Source: a virus
Strand: one strand, 5' to 3'
IMG/VR virus record: IMGVR_UViG_3300006001_000011
Location: 1-64,000 of that record
Length of the DNA: 64,000 nt
The notes under the pieces were generated by a model. It searched no databases and was not told the origin of the DNA. It saw nothing but the letters and a program-made list of their open reading frames with translations. This document shows positions 1-22,585 of this stretch, one piece after another; the first letter of the stretch is position 1, and every line of letters starts with the position of its first letter. A program made the position numbers and the translations under genes.

Positions 1-13045
<13,045 letters not shown>

Positions 13046-13046
13046 C

Positions 13047-16000
13047 ATGCACTGCCTCATAGACAGCATAAACGAAAAGATAGAAAAGACTTCCGGAGCG
13101 GAGAAAATATACGGCGGATACCGTATTCCCGTCGCAAGAGGAAGAACGAAGGCGAAATGCGATTTCCTCGCAGACAGAGCCGCAGACGCCGCCAATAAAG
13201 GATATGAATTCCTTCCGAAAGAAGAACAACCCGCAATCGTCGATAAAAGTTATCTCAAAGAAGCCAGAATAAGGGTAAACGCCAATCAGAGATTAGAAGA
13301 ACTTCACGAAGTCAAGAACGGAAAAAGATCTTTGGAAGACTGGAACGAAAAACACAGAGGCGAAGGGGCAAACAGACACTATTCCCCTCATTCCGACCCT
13401 GCGGTTCACGCCAAAGCAATCAAAGACCAAATAGGCGTAAAAGCATTGACGGTGAACCCCGCCAAATCTTCGGAATACATAGATCCTAAAACAGGAGAAA
13501 CATTCAGAAGGGTTACCTCTTTGGGCAAGGAAAAACATATAGCCGACAGCGGAGCTACGGCAAGAGGAAATATCGTGGATTTGACATTGAGGGATTTTGT
13601 GACGGACACGAATGACAGAAGCCAAAAAAACAATGCCGCGCAAGCAATAGTCACGCCTCGCGTCATGTCCGTCAAAGATTTTGAAACGTTGTTCAGACAG
13701 CATGTAACGGACGTAGAAGCAAAAGTAACGGCGGAAAAAGGGGTGCTTCCTCCCAAGTTCGACTCTGCCGCCATTAAACAGATATACGACATATTCGTAA
13801 ACTTCTCCAATCAAAACAATTATCTGGTGTCCGACATTCCGACATTGTGGGGCAATGTGGGAGGAGAAACGATAGCGGGCACGGTGGACATCATAAACAT
13901 CGACGGAAACGGAAGGATAGAAATCATAGATTTAAAAACTTCCGTCAAAGACCGCGTATTGGACGACACCATAAACTTTCACGAATCCGACGTCAGCCAA
14001 CAGTCTCACTATGCCGAACTCATCAGACAGCGAACAGGAGAAATTCCGATAGGTTCGAGGATATTGGCCATACAAATGATAGAAGGCACGAAAGGAATCA
14101 TAACTTCCGCGATATGCACCGCGGACAAGCATAAAATGTCCGACGCAAGGGGAGGAGCTTATCAAGTGCCCTATAATTCCAGAATACTCAGCTTTCCTTC
14201 TCAGGGTCAGACGCAGGCGGATTTCGACGCCAAGATAAAGAAGATAAGAGAAGAGAACGGAGCTCCTCTGGGACAAAATTTCGCCGAACTGGCGCAATGG
14301 AAAAAAGAACAGCTTGAGGAAAACAGAAGAAAGCAGTTTACGCTGAAAAACGTAAAAGGAATAGAAGCAGAACAGAAGAGAGCGTTGCTCGCAAAAGAAA
14401 GAGACATCTTGGAAAGTCAGGCAAGATACCTTTTCGAAAATAAAGAGTTCGGTCAATTTACGGTCGCTTATCTGGATTTAAAGTCCATACAACAGGCTCT
14501 CGAATCCGGAGATCAAGACAAGATTCTGATGGCGGGAAACAAACTCAGATTTTACAACGACATTCATTTTTCGGAAGTAATCGTGCCGAAAGACGGAACC
14601 GCGCCTCAAGAAGAAATCGAGTTGGCAAAAAAGAACAAGGAGACGGTGGACGCCATCAACGCCATGAAAACGACGCTGACGAAAATATTCAAAGACAAGA
14701 ACAAAGAAATCGTATTGGCGATATTAGAGAAAGACGGAATTATAACCGACGTGCTGAAAGAAATGAACTCGAGAGAGGACATAAAGCGGAGAGCCGGAAA
14801 AAAGGAAATTTCGGCAGGCAAATTTGAAGACTTTACGGTAAAAGATTTGCTCACGGCGGAAGGAGACATAGACGTGCTGAGCGAAAACATACTGGGCATT
14901 ATATCGAGTTTTAAAGGAGATACCGTAATCCCTCAATACATTTATAAAGTATTTGAAAATCTTTTGCACGAAAATCAGGAACACCCCATGGATTTGATGG
15001 AAAGGATGGACAAATTCAACTCGGAACATAAAATGTCCGACCAAGAAAAAGAAATATTTTTCAGCAAAGACGAAGACGGAGAAAGAGACGGTTTTTTGAT
15101 AAACGCTTTCAGCGAAGCATGGTTCGGCATGACGAAGGCTTTCGGAGAAAAAGTAAGGTCTTTCAAAAATTCGTTTTCCGGGGCAAACAGAACGGCAAGG
15201 TATAAAATCGCCTTCGACTGGATTCTCAATAATTCCGAACCGATAAACTTTTTCAATTTAAAAGCCGTGTACGACGAGTACGGAAAAGACCCGAAGTACA
15301 GTCAATATTTCAGCGGTTACAACGAAGCGGACGCGATAGCCTATGAAAAAAAATTAGAAGGCGTTTTGGGACCTCAGCTTCACGCCATAAAAAACAACAT
15401 CATGGCGACGTTGCAAAATTATCATTCTTCGGCAAGCGAACTGACGGGAACAATTACAAATCAGTCTCTGGCGTCCAGAAATATCTGGCAGTTTATGGAC
15501 AACATCAACAAAAAAGTTTATGACCCGATAGATTACCAAAGAGAGAACGAACACGACATAATGGCGAGAGCCATTAAGCCCGCGGGAGGACTTACTCAAG
15601 AAATGCAAAATGATTTATTGGAAATAAAAGGAAAGATAGAACAATATCAACTGGAAAGAAAAAACAATACGACCGGACTCGAAACGCCTTCCATGTCTTC
15701 TCTTAAAAGCGAGATACAAGCCAAGCTGACAAAGTTTAAAGGCTTCGGGATGTTGCAGGAATATGCGGATTCAGTCATGGACAAACTCGAAAAAGGACAA
15801 ATAGAATACACTTCTGCTCCGAGAAAAATATATTTTTCCGACTTCGAGAATTTCCCGATGGTGCCGAAGCACGACAACAAAGACCATTTTTCCGAAGAAT
15901 TTGAAACCATAAAGAACGACGAAAACAAAAGCGAACTGTGGAAACTCTATCACGAAGCCGGAGAATATATAAACAACGTATATGGAATGGCATCTTCGGA

Positions 16001-19000
16001 AAGGGTTAAAATTCCGATGGTAAAAACCGGCTTCTTTGCCAAGATGGCGAGTTATCGAAGAGACGTCAAAAACAAAGACAAATCCTCGAGAGGAGTCCAA
16101 AACCCGATTACTTCCTTCTTCGTTTCCGAACCGTGGAGAGTAATGACCGAAAACTTTTTCAGCAAACAGAGATACAAAAAACGCGGAGAAATAGTCAGCA
16201 ACAACTACGACTCTTCGGCAAAAGAGATAAAAGAACTTGCCAAAAATTATATGCTGACCAAAGGCATGAACGAACAAGAAGCGTTGAAAGCGGCAAGGAA
16301 AGAAGTAAATAAATTCTATTTCGGGGACATCGATTCTTCCATAAAGCAAATGCTTACCGCCGCCTCCGTGCACAGGACGAGACACATGTCAGAACCCATA
16401 ATCATGGCCATGTACAATACCTATGAAAATGTATTTGGCTCCAAGAAAGATTTAAAAACGGGACAAACTTCCGTCAATATAGAGAGAACCAAAGGAAAAG
16501 CAAAACTCGACTACTGGATACAAAAACACGTGTATAACATTTCCAATCCGCTTTGGGAAGACGGCATCACTCAACAGGCTCTCGGCACCGACGAGCTTAA
16601 AACTTTAAAAGCCATACAGAAAGCGTATTCGAGAATCGCAGACGTGGACAAGACCACAAATAAAAGAACCCGAAAATTGGTAAGCAAAAGCCATTTGAAA
16701 CGATATACTCAGCAAGAACGGGTAATCGCCAGAGAATACAAGCAAATCGTGGAAAACGGAATTACTCCCGGACAAGAAATGGAGCAAATTCAGGAAATAG
16801 ACGGCAAGGAGTTTTATTTCAAAGTATATAAAGATCCCGTAACCCATCAATTCAAATACAAAACAAACGTCAAAATGCTCAAGGAAAACGGGGTCGGGAT
16901 TCCGGCCATAGATTTTTCGGGAGAATTAAACAAAGAAGTAACCGACATAAACGACTCGCAGGACGTAACGGAAGAACAATTCCATACGGCACTGGGATAC
17001 TTCATAGAATTGAATTTGAACCATATGGGTTCTCCGATAACCATCAGTTCCGCCATGAACGGATTAATGGCTTACTGCATATACAGAGGACTCGCCCTCA
17101 ATCCGATTTCCGGAGCCAAGAACAGAGGAGAAGGGATATTGACGAATACGGCGGCGGACATGTCGGGAGAATACTGGACGCCGGGGAATTACATGCCCGC
17201 CAAAGATTTCATGGGATACTCAAATCTCATGAAAGTGAGAGAAAGATTTATAAACAAAAACAAGCCGTTGTCCAAAAAACGAGAACAGCTTCAAGTGTTT
17301 GAAAAACTGTTGGAACGCTTCGGAGGGCTCCATAAAAAATACGATACCATAGGAAGCGGAGTAGATACCTTCGACGACAAGGTGGCAAACGTTCTTTTTG
17401 ATTTGGCCATTAATCTTCCGGAAAGAAAAAATCAGGGAGAAGTGGTGCTGTGCCTCATGATGGACGAAATGATAGAAGTGCCCGACGGAAAAGGCGGCAC
17501 GACGAAAGTGCCTTTCTTTGACAAAGCGACGCAACAGTTTACTTTGTATCACATCAAAGACGGAGAGCTTAAACTGAAAGACGAATACGAAGGCAAGTTT
17601 GATTTGTACGGAGAGCAAATGAAAAATTTGCGTTTGAGAATGACCAACGTAGTGTCCAGAGTGCAGGGAAATTTTGCCAAACACGACGGATTGAAAGGAA
17701 AAGCGAGCATTTTGGGAAGAATGGGCCTGTTGTTCAAAACCTATTTGCCGGAACACATCAATTCGCGATATTCCGGATTTATGTCCGAGAACGAAAAAAC
17801 GATAAACGTAGATATTAATACAAGGGGGATAAAAAAGAAGGGGAGGTATGCGCAGATGTTGGAAAGCGACCCGATGACGTTTACAAGCCACATGTTGGTC
17901 GGCATAGGATTGTCTTCGGGATGGCTTCATACGGCGATAGCCATGTGCGGATTGGGGAGCGGAATGACGGGAATGGCGGCATACGGAGGAGCGGCGATAA
18001 TTTCTGCCGGCACTATTCCCATGGCCGCGGCGGGAGCGGCAGGAATATACATGCTTTACAAACGCTTCGCGGGAAGAGACAAAATAGTGACGGAAGGTCA
18101 CCAAATGCTGAAATTTATGTATTCTCTGGAACAAATGGTTACTCAGACATGGAATACTTATCCTCGCTTTCTTTCCGGTATTCTGGGAAAAAAGGTTACC
18201 AACGCGATAATGATAGACAGAAGTCTGGTAATGAACAAGGACAGACAACAGCTCATAAAAAACAAGGACGAGATTATGGCCATTAAAGCCTGCACGGCGG
18301 AATTAGCTTCAAAAATAACCATGTTTTTGACCATGATATTGGTGAACGCATTACTGAGACCCGGAGACGACGAAGAGGAAGACACTTTTAAAGCCAGAAT
18401 GTACAATCAGCTTACCAACAATTTGGTTCAGTTCGGAACTATGTCAGATCCCGCCACGTCCATAGTAGGCATTTACGACGACGTATGGGAAAATATGTTG
18501 GTAAAGACAATCGAAGACTCGGTAAAATGCGTAGCCTTTTTTATGGAGGGAGAATTTGAAAAATCGAGAGACAAGCTATTGGCTCTTTCGCCTATTCCGA
18601 AAAGCGTGCACAGTCCTTTTTCCTATGCCGTGGGACCTACTTGGAATTTGGCAGAAATGAGAGGAGAAGGAATAATGGGACAATACGGCTATCTAGGAAA
18701 GACCGCTCAGATATTCCAAGACGAAGGAGAAGGACAGTACAAGAAACTGAATACGAAAAAGAAAAAGGATTATCACGAACAGATGAAAGACAAGTTTGAA
18801 GGACTTACTTTCGACAGCGAATCGGTGAACAGAAGAATAAATATGGCTTACGACGCCAAGTTCTTTATTCAGAGAAAAGGAAAACTGGCGCAGTTGTCGC
18901 ATAAACAAATAAATCGTCTCAACACAATATTCGGAGAGAACCAAGTAAACAAAATAAAAGGATTGTCGGATTCCGAGCTGATTAACACGGAAGGGCTTAA

Positions 19001-19157
19001 AATATTGACGACCATGATAAAAGTCAGACAGTTGCAAGACTTGCCCGAAGACGAAAGGAAACAAGAAGCGAAAAAAATCATAAATAACACGATTCGCATA
19101 TTGAGGATCATGGCAAAGGATTTTCAAAAGAAAGACAGAGAAGAAATTTTTGATTAA
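13047..19157 (+). CDS. Giant (2036 aa) virion/ejected-type protein with an N-terminal PD-(D/E)XK (RecB/Cas4-like) nuclease signature and a C-terminal transmembrane cluster
   Basis: The ATG lies 1 nt after the TAA of the previous ORF. The motifs GTVDIINIDGNGRIEIIDLKTS plus QQSHY (D..D/E-x-K..QxxxY) lie at nt 13887-14012. The hydrophobic Gly/Ala-rich segments LVGIGLSSGWLHTAIAMCGLGSGMTGMAAYGGAAIISAGTIPMAAAGAAGIYML lie at nt about 17874-18066. Confidence 0.75.
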   Translation: MHCLIDSINEKIEKTSGAEKIYGGYRIPVARGRTKAKCDFLADRAADAANKGYEFLPKEEQPAIVDKSYLKEARIRVNANQRLEELHEVKNGKRSLEDWNEKHRGEGANRHYSPHSDPAVHAKAIKDQIGVKALTVNPAKSSEYIDPKTGETFRRVTSLGKEKHIADSGATARGNIVDLTLRDFVTDTNDRSQKNNAAQAIVTPRVMSVKDFETLFRQHVTDVEAKVTAEKGVLPPKFDSAAIKQIYDIFVNFSNQNNYLVSDIPTLWGNVGGETIAGTVDIINIDGNGRIEIIDLKTSVKDRVLDDTINFHESDVSQQSHYAELIRQRTGEIPIGSRILAIQMIEGTKGIITSAICTADKHKMSDARGGAYQVPYNSRILSFPSQGQTQADFDAKIKKIREENGAPLGQNFAELAQWKKEQLEENRRKQFTLKNVKGIEAEQKRALLAKERDILESQARYLFENKEFGQFTVAYLDLKSIQQALESGDQDKILMAGNKLRFYNDIHFSEVIVPKDGTAPQEEIELAKKNKETVDAINAMKTTLTKIFKDKNKEIVLAILEKDGIITDVLKEMNSREDIKRRAGKKEISAGKFEDFTVKDLLTAEGDIDVLSENILGIISSFKGDTVIPQYIYKVFENLLHENQEHPMDLMERMDKFNSEHKMSDQEKEIFFSKDEDGERDGFLINAFSEAWFGMTKAFGEKVRSFKNSFSGANRTARYKIAFDWILNNSEPINFFNLKAVYDEYGKDPKYSQYFSGYNEADAIAYEKKLEGVLGPQLHAIKNNIMATLQNYHSSASELTGTITNQSLASRNIWQFMDNINKKVYDPIDYQRENEHDIMARAIKPAGGLTQEMQNDLLEIKGKIEQYQLERKNNTTGLETPSMSSLKSEIQAKLTKFKGFGMLQEYADSVMDKLEKGQIEYTSAPRKIYFSDFENFPMVPKHDNKDHFSEEFETIKNDENKSELWKLYHEAGEYINNVYGMASSERVKIPMVKTGFFAKMASYRRDVKNKDKSSRGVQNPITSFFVSEPWRVMTENFFSKQRYKKRGEIVSNNYDSSAKEIKELAKNYMLTKGMNEQEALKAARKEVNKFYFGDIDSSIKQMLTAASVHRTRHMSEPIIMAMYNTYENVFGSKKDLKTGQTSVNIERTKGKAKLDYWIQKHVYNISNPLWEDGITQQALGTDELKTLKAIQKAYSRIADVDKTTNKRTRKLVSKSHLKRYTQQERVIAREYKQIVENGITPGQEMEQIQEIDGKEFYFKVYKDPVTHQFKYKTNVKMLKENGVGIPAIDFSGELNKEVTDINDSQDVTEEQFHTALGYFIELNLNHMGSPITISSAMNGLMAYCIYRGLALNPISGAKNRGEGILTNTAADMSGEYWTPGNYMPAKDFMGYSNLMKVRERFINKNKPLSKKREQLQVFEKLLERFGGLHKKYDTIGSGVDTFDDKVANVLFDLAINLPERKNQGEVVLCLMMDEMIEVPDGKGGTTKVPFFDKATQQFTLYHIKDGELKLKDEYEGKFDLYGEQMKNLRLRMTNVVSRVQGNFAKHDGLKGKASILGRMGLLFKTYLPEHINSRYSGFMSENEKTINVDINTRGIKKKGRYAQMLESDPMTFTSHMLVGIGLSSGWLHTAIAMCGLGSGMTGMAAYGGAAIISAGTIPMAAAGAAGIYMLYKRFAGRDKIVTEGHQMLKFMYSLEQMVTQTWNTYPRFLSGILGKKVTNAIMIDRSLVMNKDRQQLIKNKDEIMAIKACTAELASKITMFLTMILVNALLRPGDDEEEDTFKARMYNQLTNNLVQFGTMSDPATSIVGIYDDVWENMLVKTIEDSVKCVAFFMEGEFEKSRDKLLALSPIPKSVHSPFSYAVGPTWNLAEMRGEGIMGQYGYLGKTAQIFQDEGEGQYKKLNTKKKKDYHEQMKDKFEGLTFDSESVNRRINMAYDAKFFIQRKGKLAQLSHKQINRLNTIFGENQVNKIKGLSDSELINTEGLKILTTMIKVRQLQDLPEDERKQEAKKIINNTIRILRIMAKDFQKKDREEIFD

Positions 19158-19190
19158 TGACCAAGAGCCGCGATCAAATTTTTTTAAAAA

Positions 19191-19212
19191 GGCGAGGGAA
19201 GAATCCCCCGCC
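19191..19212 (-). terminator. Hairpin terminator between convergent blocks (GGCGAGGG-loop-CCCCGCC), with the T-run on the minus strand
   Basis: A GC-rich inverted repeat sits between the stop at 19157 (+) and the stop at 19225 (-). The plus strand has AAAAA just upstream, which gives a U-run after the hairpin on the minus transcript. Confidence 0.6.
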
Positions 19213-19224
19213 TCTCGTTAATAA

Positions 19225-19461
19225 TCAATCAAACCATCCTTTGGCGTCTCTGTTTTTGTCGCTCTCGGTTTGGATATGAAGCATTTCTCCTATTTTGACG
19301 ACCCTGCCGTCTGGAGGCAACCCGTCCAACGAGCTGATGATGCTCTTGCCGTTGCATACGTCGCAAATCACCAGTTCCGCGCTTTTGGCGGGAAACGGAT
19401 GAATCATTCTTTCCCCGTTACACTTGGGACACAATTGCCATAATCGCATGTCAGCTTTCAT
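19225..19461 (-). CDS. Small zinc-ribbon protein (CPKC...CDVC)
   Basis: 78 aa ORF with two CxxC pairs. It is the last gene of the minus-strand operon and overlaps the upstream gene by 11 nt. Confidence 0.6.
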   Translation of the reverse strand: MKADMRLWQLCPKCNGERMIHPFPAKSAELVICDVCNGKSIISSLDGLPPDGRVVKIGEMLHIQTESDKNRDAKGWFD

Positions 19462-20038
19462 TTTCTTTCTGTTTTTGTCGTTGTTTCATTATCTCTCTCA
19501 ATTTGGAGGAATATTTCTCGTCCTCCGAGTATTTGACTTCTCTCAACAGTTTGATGTATTCTTCGTCGTCCATGTCGTGTTGTCGTATCCTTGCCTGATA
19601 GAGGGCATAGTCTATGACGCTGCTTTCGGAACTTTCATATACGGCATAACCTGTCCTCGGCAACTTGTCCAACGCGGTGGTAGGTCTGACATAGGCATAC
19701 TTCATGCCGAACATATTGCAACTCCAACGATACACGGAACTTCCTAAATCTCCGGTTTCCAAAATAATCTGAGCCTTGACCACGTCCCTGTTCTTGACTT
19801 TGTATTTGTCGAACAGAGAGTCTAGGTGATATTCGTTAATGTATCCTTGCATGACTTTTTTCTTCACGTCGGCTAATTTTTCAGAAAACTCCTTTTCTTT
19901 CTGAGCCGTGAATATGTCGTACATGTACTGCATCTCTTTCCTTCGTTCCCAGTCTTTTATCTGATATACGGCGGTAAGAAGGAGGGCGTATCCCAAGACG
20001 ATTGCTATCGTCCACATTTCGATGTTCATTTTTTTCAT
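19451..20038 (-). CDS. Endolysin candidate: GH73-type N-acetylglucosaminidase domain with an N-terminal membrane anchor
   Basis: The N-terminal hydrophobic segment is WTIAIVLGYALLLTAV. The motifs AQIILETGDLGSS...NMFGMK...YAVYESSESSVIDYALY match the FlgJ/LytD glucosaminidase pattern AQaalESGwG..NNlFGiK..Y.S..eS..DY. Confidence 0.7.
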   Translation of the reverse strand: MKKMNIEMWTIAIVLGYALLLTAVYQIKDWERRKEMQYMYDIFTAQKEKEFSEKLADVKKKVMQGYINEYHLDSLFDKYKVKNRDVVKAQIILETGDLGSSVYRWSCNMFGMKYAYVRPTTALDKLPRTGYAVYESSESSVIDYALYQARIRQHDMDDEEYIKLLREVKYSEDEKYSSKLREIMKQRQKQKENES

Positions 20039-20125
20039 TGTATTTAGAGTTGTTTCTTAAAATAAGGAAGAAGCACATTATTATCGCCAGATGGACAAGG
20101 ACGGCTGTTTCGAGGCAATTCATAA

Positions 20126-20371
20126 TCAGGTATTGTAAGCGGTGATGTGAATTCCCGCAATACATCCTTCTTCTACGTCTTCGATGTTGTCGGAAGGAAC
20201 TAATTCTCCGTCATAATCTCCTTGCCCCCAAGAACCTTCTTCTTCTCGTTTTTTAAGGCTGTAAATCGCAAAATTATTGACGAGTTTATATCCCGATTCA
20301 CGGGCGGGCACTATTGCCAAAGCGTCCTGCGGACACCTCTTTAAAATGTTTATCAATTCTCCTATGGTCAT
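20126..20371 (-). CDS. Small protein, member 1 of the MT(I/V)xELIxxLKxYPxD paralog family
   Basis: The N-terminus MTIGELINILKRCPQDALAIV is shared with six other small ORFs in the window. Confidence 0.65.
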   Translation of the reverse strand: MTIGELINILKRCPQDALAIVPARESGYKLVNNFAIYSLKKREEEGSWGQGDYDGELVPSDNIEDVEEGCIAGIHITAYNT

Positions 20372-20373
20372 TT

Positions 20374-21096
20374 TTAAAATTGAATTATGGTATAATTTAG
20401 TCCTGCTCCTACTACAGGCGCGAAGCCTGCGGAGCTTATCCCGTAACCTATAAAAACCCCTAATCCGAGACGTCTTTGTTTCGGAACGGCCATTTGGTAA
20501 GAGCGTATTCCTTCAATCTCGGAATAGGGGTTTTTGTCCTTAATCTGGATATATGCAATTTGTCTTTTAAACCATCGATGAGAACCCGGCACGAGGAGAA
20601 CCTCGTACTCGTTCCTCACCTTTACATCGACTTTTACAGAGTCGGCGTTCATCAAGACATTTCCCCGTATCCATTTGTCTAGGTTAAAATCAGATTTATA
20701 TGCGGGGTACACAAAGACGCTGTCCCCTTTTCGGGAGACAGCGTTGGAAACCACAGACACACAATCTCTTCGTATTCGATAAGACGACCTCTGATTAATC
20801 AGAACCGCGCTTCCGCCGTATCTCAATTCGTTCTTGTATTTCTTGACCAATCCTTGAAGTTTTTTGATTTCTTCGTCTTTGGTCTTGAGCGCGATAAACG
20901 ACTTGGCGTTTTCCGTTACGAGCGAGTTCATTCTGTATATAAGCAGAGAGTCAGAGTCTCGTTTGACGAGCATGACGTCTTTCTTTGCTTCGACGGGATT
21001 CTCTTTTCCGCAATTTCGGAAAATGAAGAACACCGCCGCAAGGACAATGAAGAGGGACAAAAGTCCCCAAGAGCGATTTAAAATGTTTCGTATCAT
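20374..21096 (-). CDS. Membrane-anchored protein (N-terminal TM, hydrophobic Gly-rich C-terminus); possible lysis accessory
   Basis: The N-terminus is WGLLSLFIVLAAVFFIF. The C-terminus is LGLGVFIGYGISSAGFAPVVGAGL. It lies near the endolysin. Its function is inferred only from position. Confidence 0.55.
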   Translation of the reverse strand: MIRNILNRSWGLLSLFIVLAAVFFIFRNCGKENPVEAKKDVMLVKRDSDSLLIYRMNSLVTENAKSFIALKTKDEEIKKLQGLVKKYKNELRYGGSAVLINQRSSYRIRRDCVSVVSNAVSRKGDSVFVYPAYKSDFNLDKWIRGNVLMNADSVKVDVKVRNEYEVLLVPGSHRWFKRQIAYIQIKDKNPYSEIEGIRSYQMAVPKQRRLGLGVFIGYGISSAGFAPVVGAGLNYTIIQF

Positions 21097-21362
21097 GTTT
21101 TAGGTTTTTTTAGTTTTAAAGCAATTTCGTCGGGAGGTTCTTCGTCTGCGAAGAGATGCCAAGAACAGCAAGGACAAAAGGAATAGTAAATCGTTTTGCC
21201 GCCGCAATGCACTCTTCCCATTATCCAAGACTGCCGTTCTTCTATTTCTTCGGGATTCCATTCTCCGCAGATGGTGCATTTCGCGTCGTCTGAAATCAGC
21301 GTCTTGTAGGCGTTTATCGAGCTTCTCAGCTCTCTAAAGGTATATTTTTTGTTTTTGTCCAT
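21093..21362 (-). CDS. Cys-rich small protein (putative zinc-binding)
   Basis: 89 aa with CTIC..HCGG..CPCC. It has an ATGA start/stop overlap with the next gene. Confidence 0.6.
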   Translation of the reverse strand: MDKNKKYTFRELRSSINAYKTLISDDAKCTICGEWNPEEIEERQSWIMGRVHCGGKTIYYSFCPCCSWHLFADEEPPDEIALKLKKPKT

Positions 21363-21363
21363 T

Positions 21364-21558
21364 TCAACGCAAAAATACTACGACTTCTCCGACTTCTTCA
21401 TTGTCTTTGTTCACTTCTCTCCATTCTTGATTTTCCCAAAAGACGTATCCTTGACGCGCTTCTGTTATGTTTGACACTCCTGTTTTTTCGTTAAAAATGG
21501 TTACTTTCATGTCTCTCGGATAGTATCTCAGAGCTTCTTTCAATTCTATTACTGTCAT
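21364..21558 (-). CDS. Small protein, MTxxELIxxLKxYPxD family member 2
   Basis: The N-terminus is MTVIELKEALRYYPRDMKVTIF. Confidence 0.65.
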   Translation of the reverse strand: MTVIELKEALRYYPRDMKVTIFNEKTGVSNITEARQGYVFWENQEWREVNKDNEEVGEVVVFLR

Positions 21559-21564
21559 GATTTT

Positions 21565-21834
21565 TTAGTTTATGCTTTCTTTTGCGTTGTTGTTCTTTCC
21601 CGCCAGTCGGAATACGGGATAGAACCCGTCGTCGATTAAATCTTTTCCCGGCGTTCTCTCCGCGTCTTCGACGCTTTCAAATTCCCCTTCGTACCAATGC
21701 GAGTCTCTTTTCTGTCTGACCGTAATGGTGTCCGAAATCGTGATGTCGTTGTACCCTCCTTCGTATCCTTCCACGACTACCGGAGTATATCGGGGAAGTT
21801 TTTTTAGTTCTTTGATTAATTCTTCTGCCGTCAT
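21565..21834 (-). CDS. Small protein, MTxxELIxxLKxYPxD family member 3 (start moved to an internal ATG)
   Basis: The track ORF 21565..22122 overlaps the dUTPase gene out of frame. The internal Met at 21834 gives MTAEELIKELKKLPRYTPVVV, which fits the family and begins 12 nt after the dUTPase stop. Confidence 0.65.
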   Translation of the reverse strand: MTAEELIKELKKLPRYTPVVVEGYEGGYNDITISDTITVRQKRDSHWYEGEFESVEDAERTPGKDLIDDGFYPVFRLAGKNNNAKESIN

Positions 21835-21845
21835 TGCGTTTGGTT

Positions 21846-22316
21846 TTAAAATTGTCCTGTGCTTCCGAACCCCTTGTCTCCTCTTCTGGTGGATTGAACA
21901 TGGCTTTCGTCTTCGTACTTTTCTATTTTTACTTCGGGTCTGATTATAGGCATGGGCACTAATTGGGCGATGCGTTCCCCTTTCTTTATCAGAATGGAAT
22001 AGAAGCTGTGATTGAAAAGAGTGATTTTTATCTCTCCTCTGTAATCTTCGTCCACCGTGCCGAAGGAGGCGATGATTCCTCTCGAAGTCAGCCCGCTTCT
22101 GGGTCTGACCTGAATTTCGCATCCTTCCATGTGTTTGATGTGCACCCCTGTTCCGAAAACGGTTTTGCCGTGTCCTTTGACGCTTACTTCTCCGTATTTT
22201 TCAAAACGGTCTCCTTCGTTGAAAGTACGAAAGGCTCTTATGTCCATTCCCGAAGCTCCGTCAGAACCGTAAGAGGGAGCTTCTGCCCCCTCTTCGATTA
22301 AAAATTCGACTTTCAT
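21846..22316 (-). CDS. dut: dUTP pyrophosphatase (trimeric dUTPase)
   Basis: The motifs ASGMDIRA, RPRSGLTSRGI, GTVDEDYRGEIKI and the C-terminal RGDKGFGSTG match the classical dUTPase motifs. Confidence 0.9.
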   Translation of the reverse strand: MKVEFLIEEGAEAPSYGSDGASGMDIRAFRTFNEGDRFEKYGEVSVKGHGKTVFGTGVHIKHMEGCEIQVRPRSGLTSRGIIASFGTVDEDYRGEIKITLFNHSFYSILIKKGERIAQLVPMPIIRPEVKIEKYEDESHVQSTRRGDKGFGSTGQF

Positions 22317-22564
22317 TTCCGTCTGTTTTCGATTTGAGAAAGCATTTCGAGGTTATCATGATAAGTTTTCAAATACCATTGTTGCAAAGCGGGATCCAAA
22401 AATTCAATTTCCGCGTTGTTCAGAAAATTGCAAAAGTCTTCGCTGTAACGTTTCATTTCTTCTATCGTCATCACTGCGGCGAGTTTTTTGCATTTGTCGG
22501 CGTGTATGAAATTTACCGTCGGCTCAAGATGTTCCGGTTTGCCGCATTCGTCTCTTCGTATCAT
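22313..22564 (-). CDS. Hypothetical protein
   Basis: 83 aa ORF, translationally coupled to dut by an ATGA overlap. Confidence 0.55.
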   Translation of the reverse strand: MIRRDECGKPEHLEPTVNFIHADKCKKLAAVMTIEEMKRYSEDFCNFLNNAEIEFLDPALQQWYLKTYHDNLEMLSQIENRRK

Positions 22565-22585
22565 GATTGGTTTATTTTAAATTGT

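Noticed and set aside
21835-22122. N-terminal extensions of track ORFs 21565..22122, 24674..25492, 22586..23266, 44333..45319 and 52323..52667.
   Set aside because: The extensions overlap the preceding gene out of frame and are K/R-rich. Internal ATGs placed just after, or overlapping, the upstream stop give products matching paralog N-termini.
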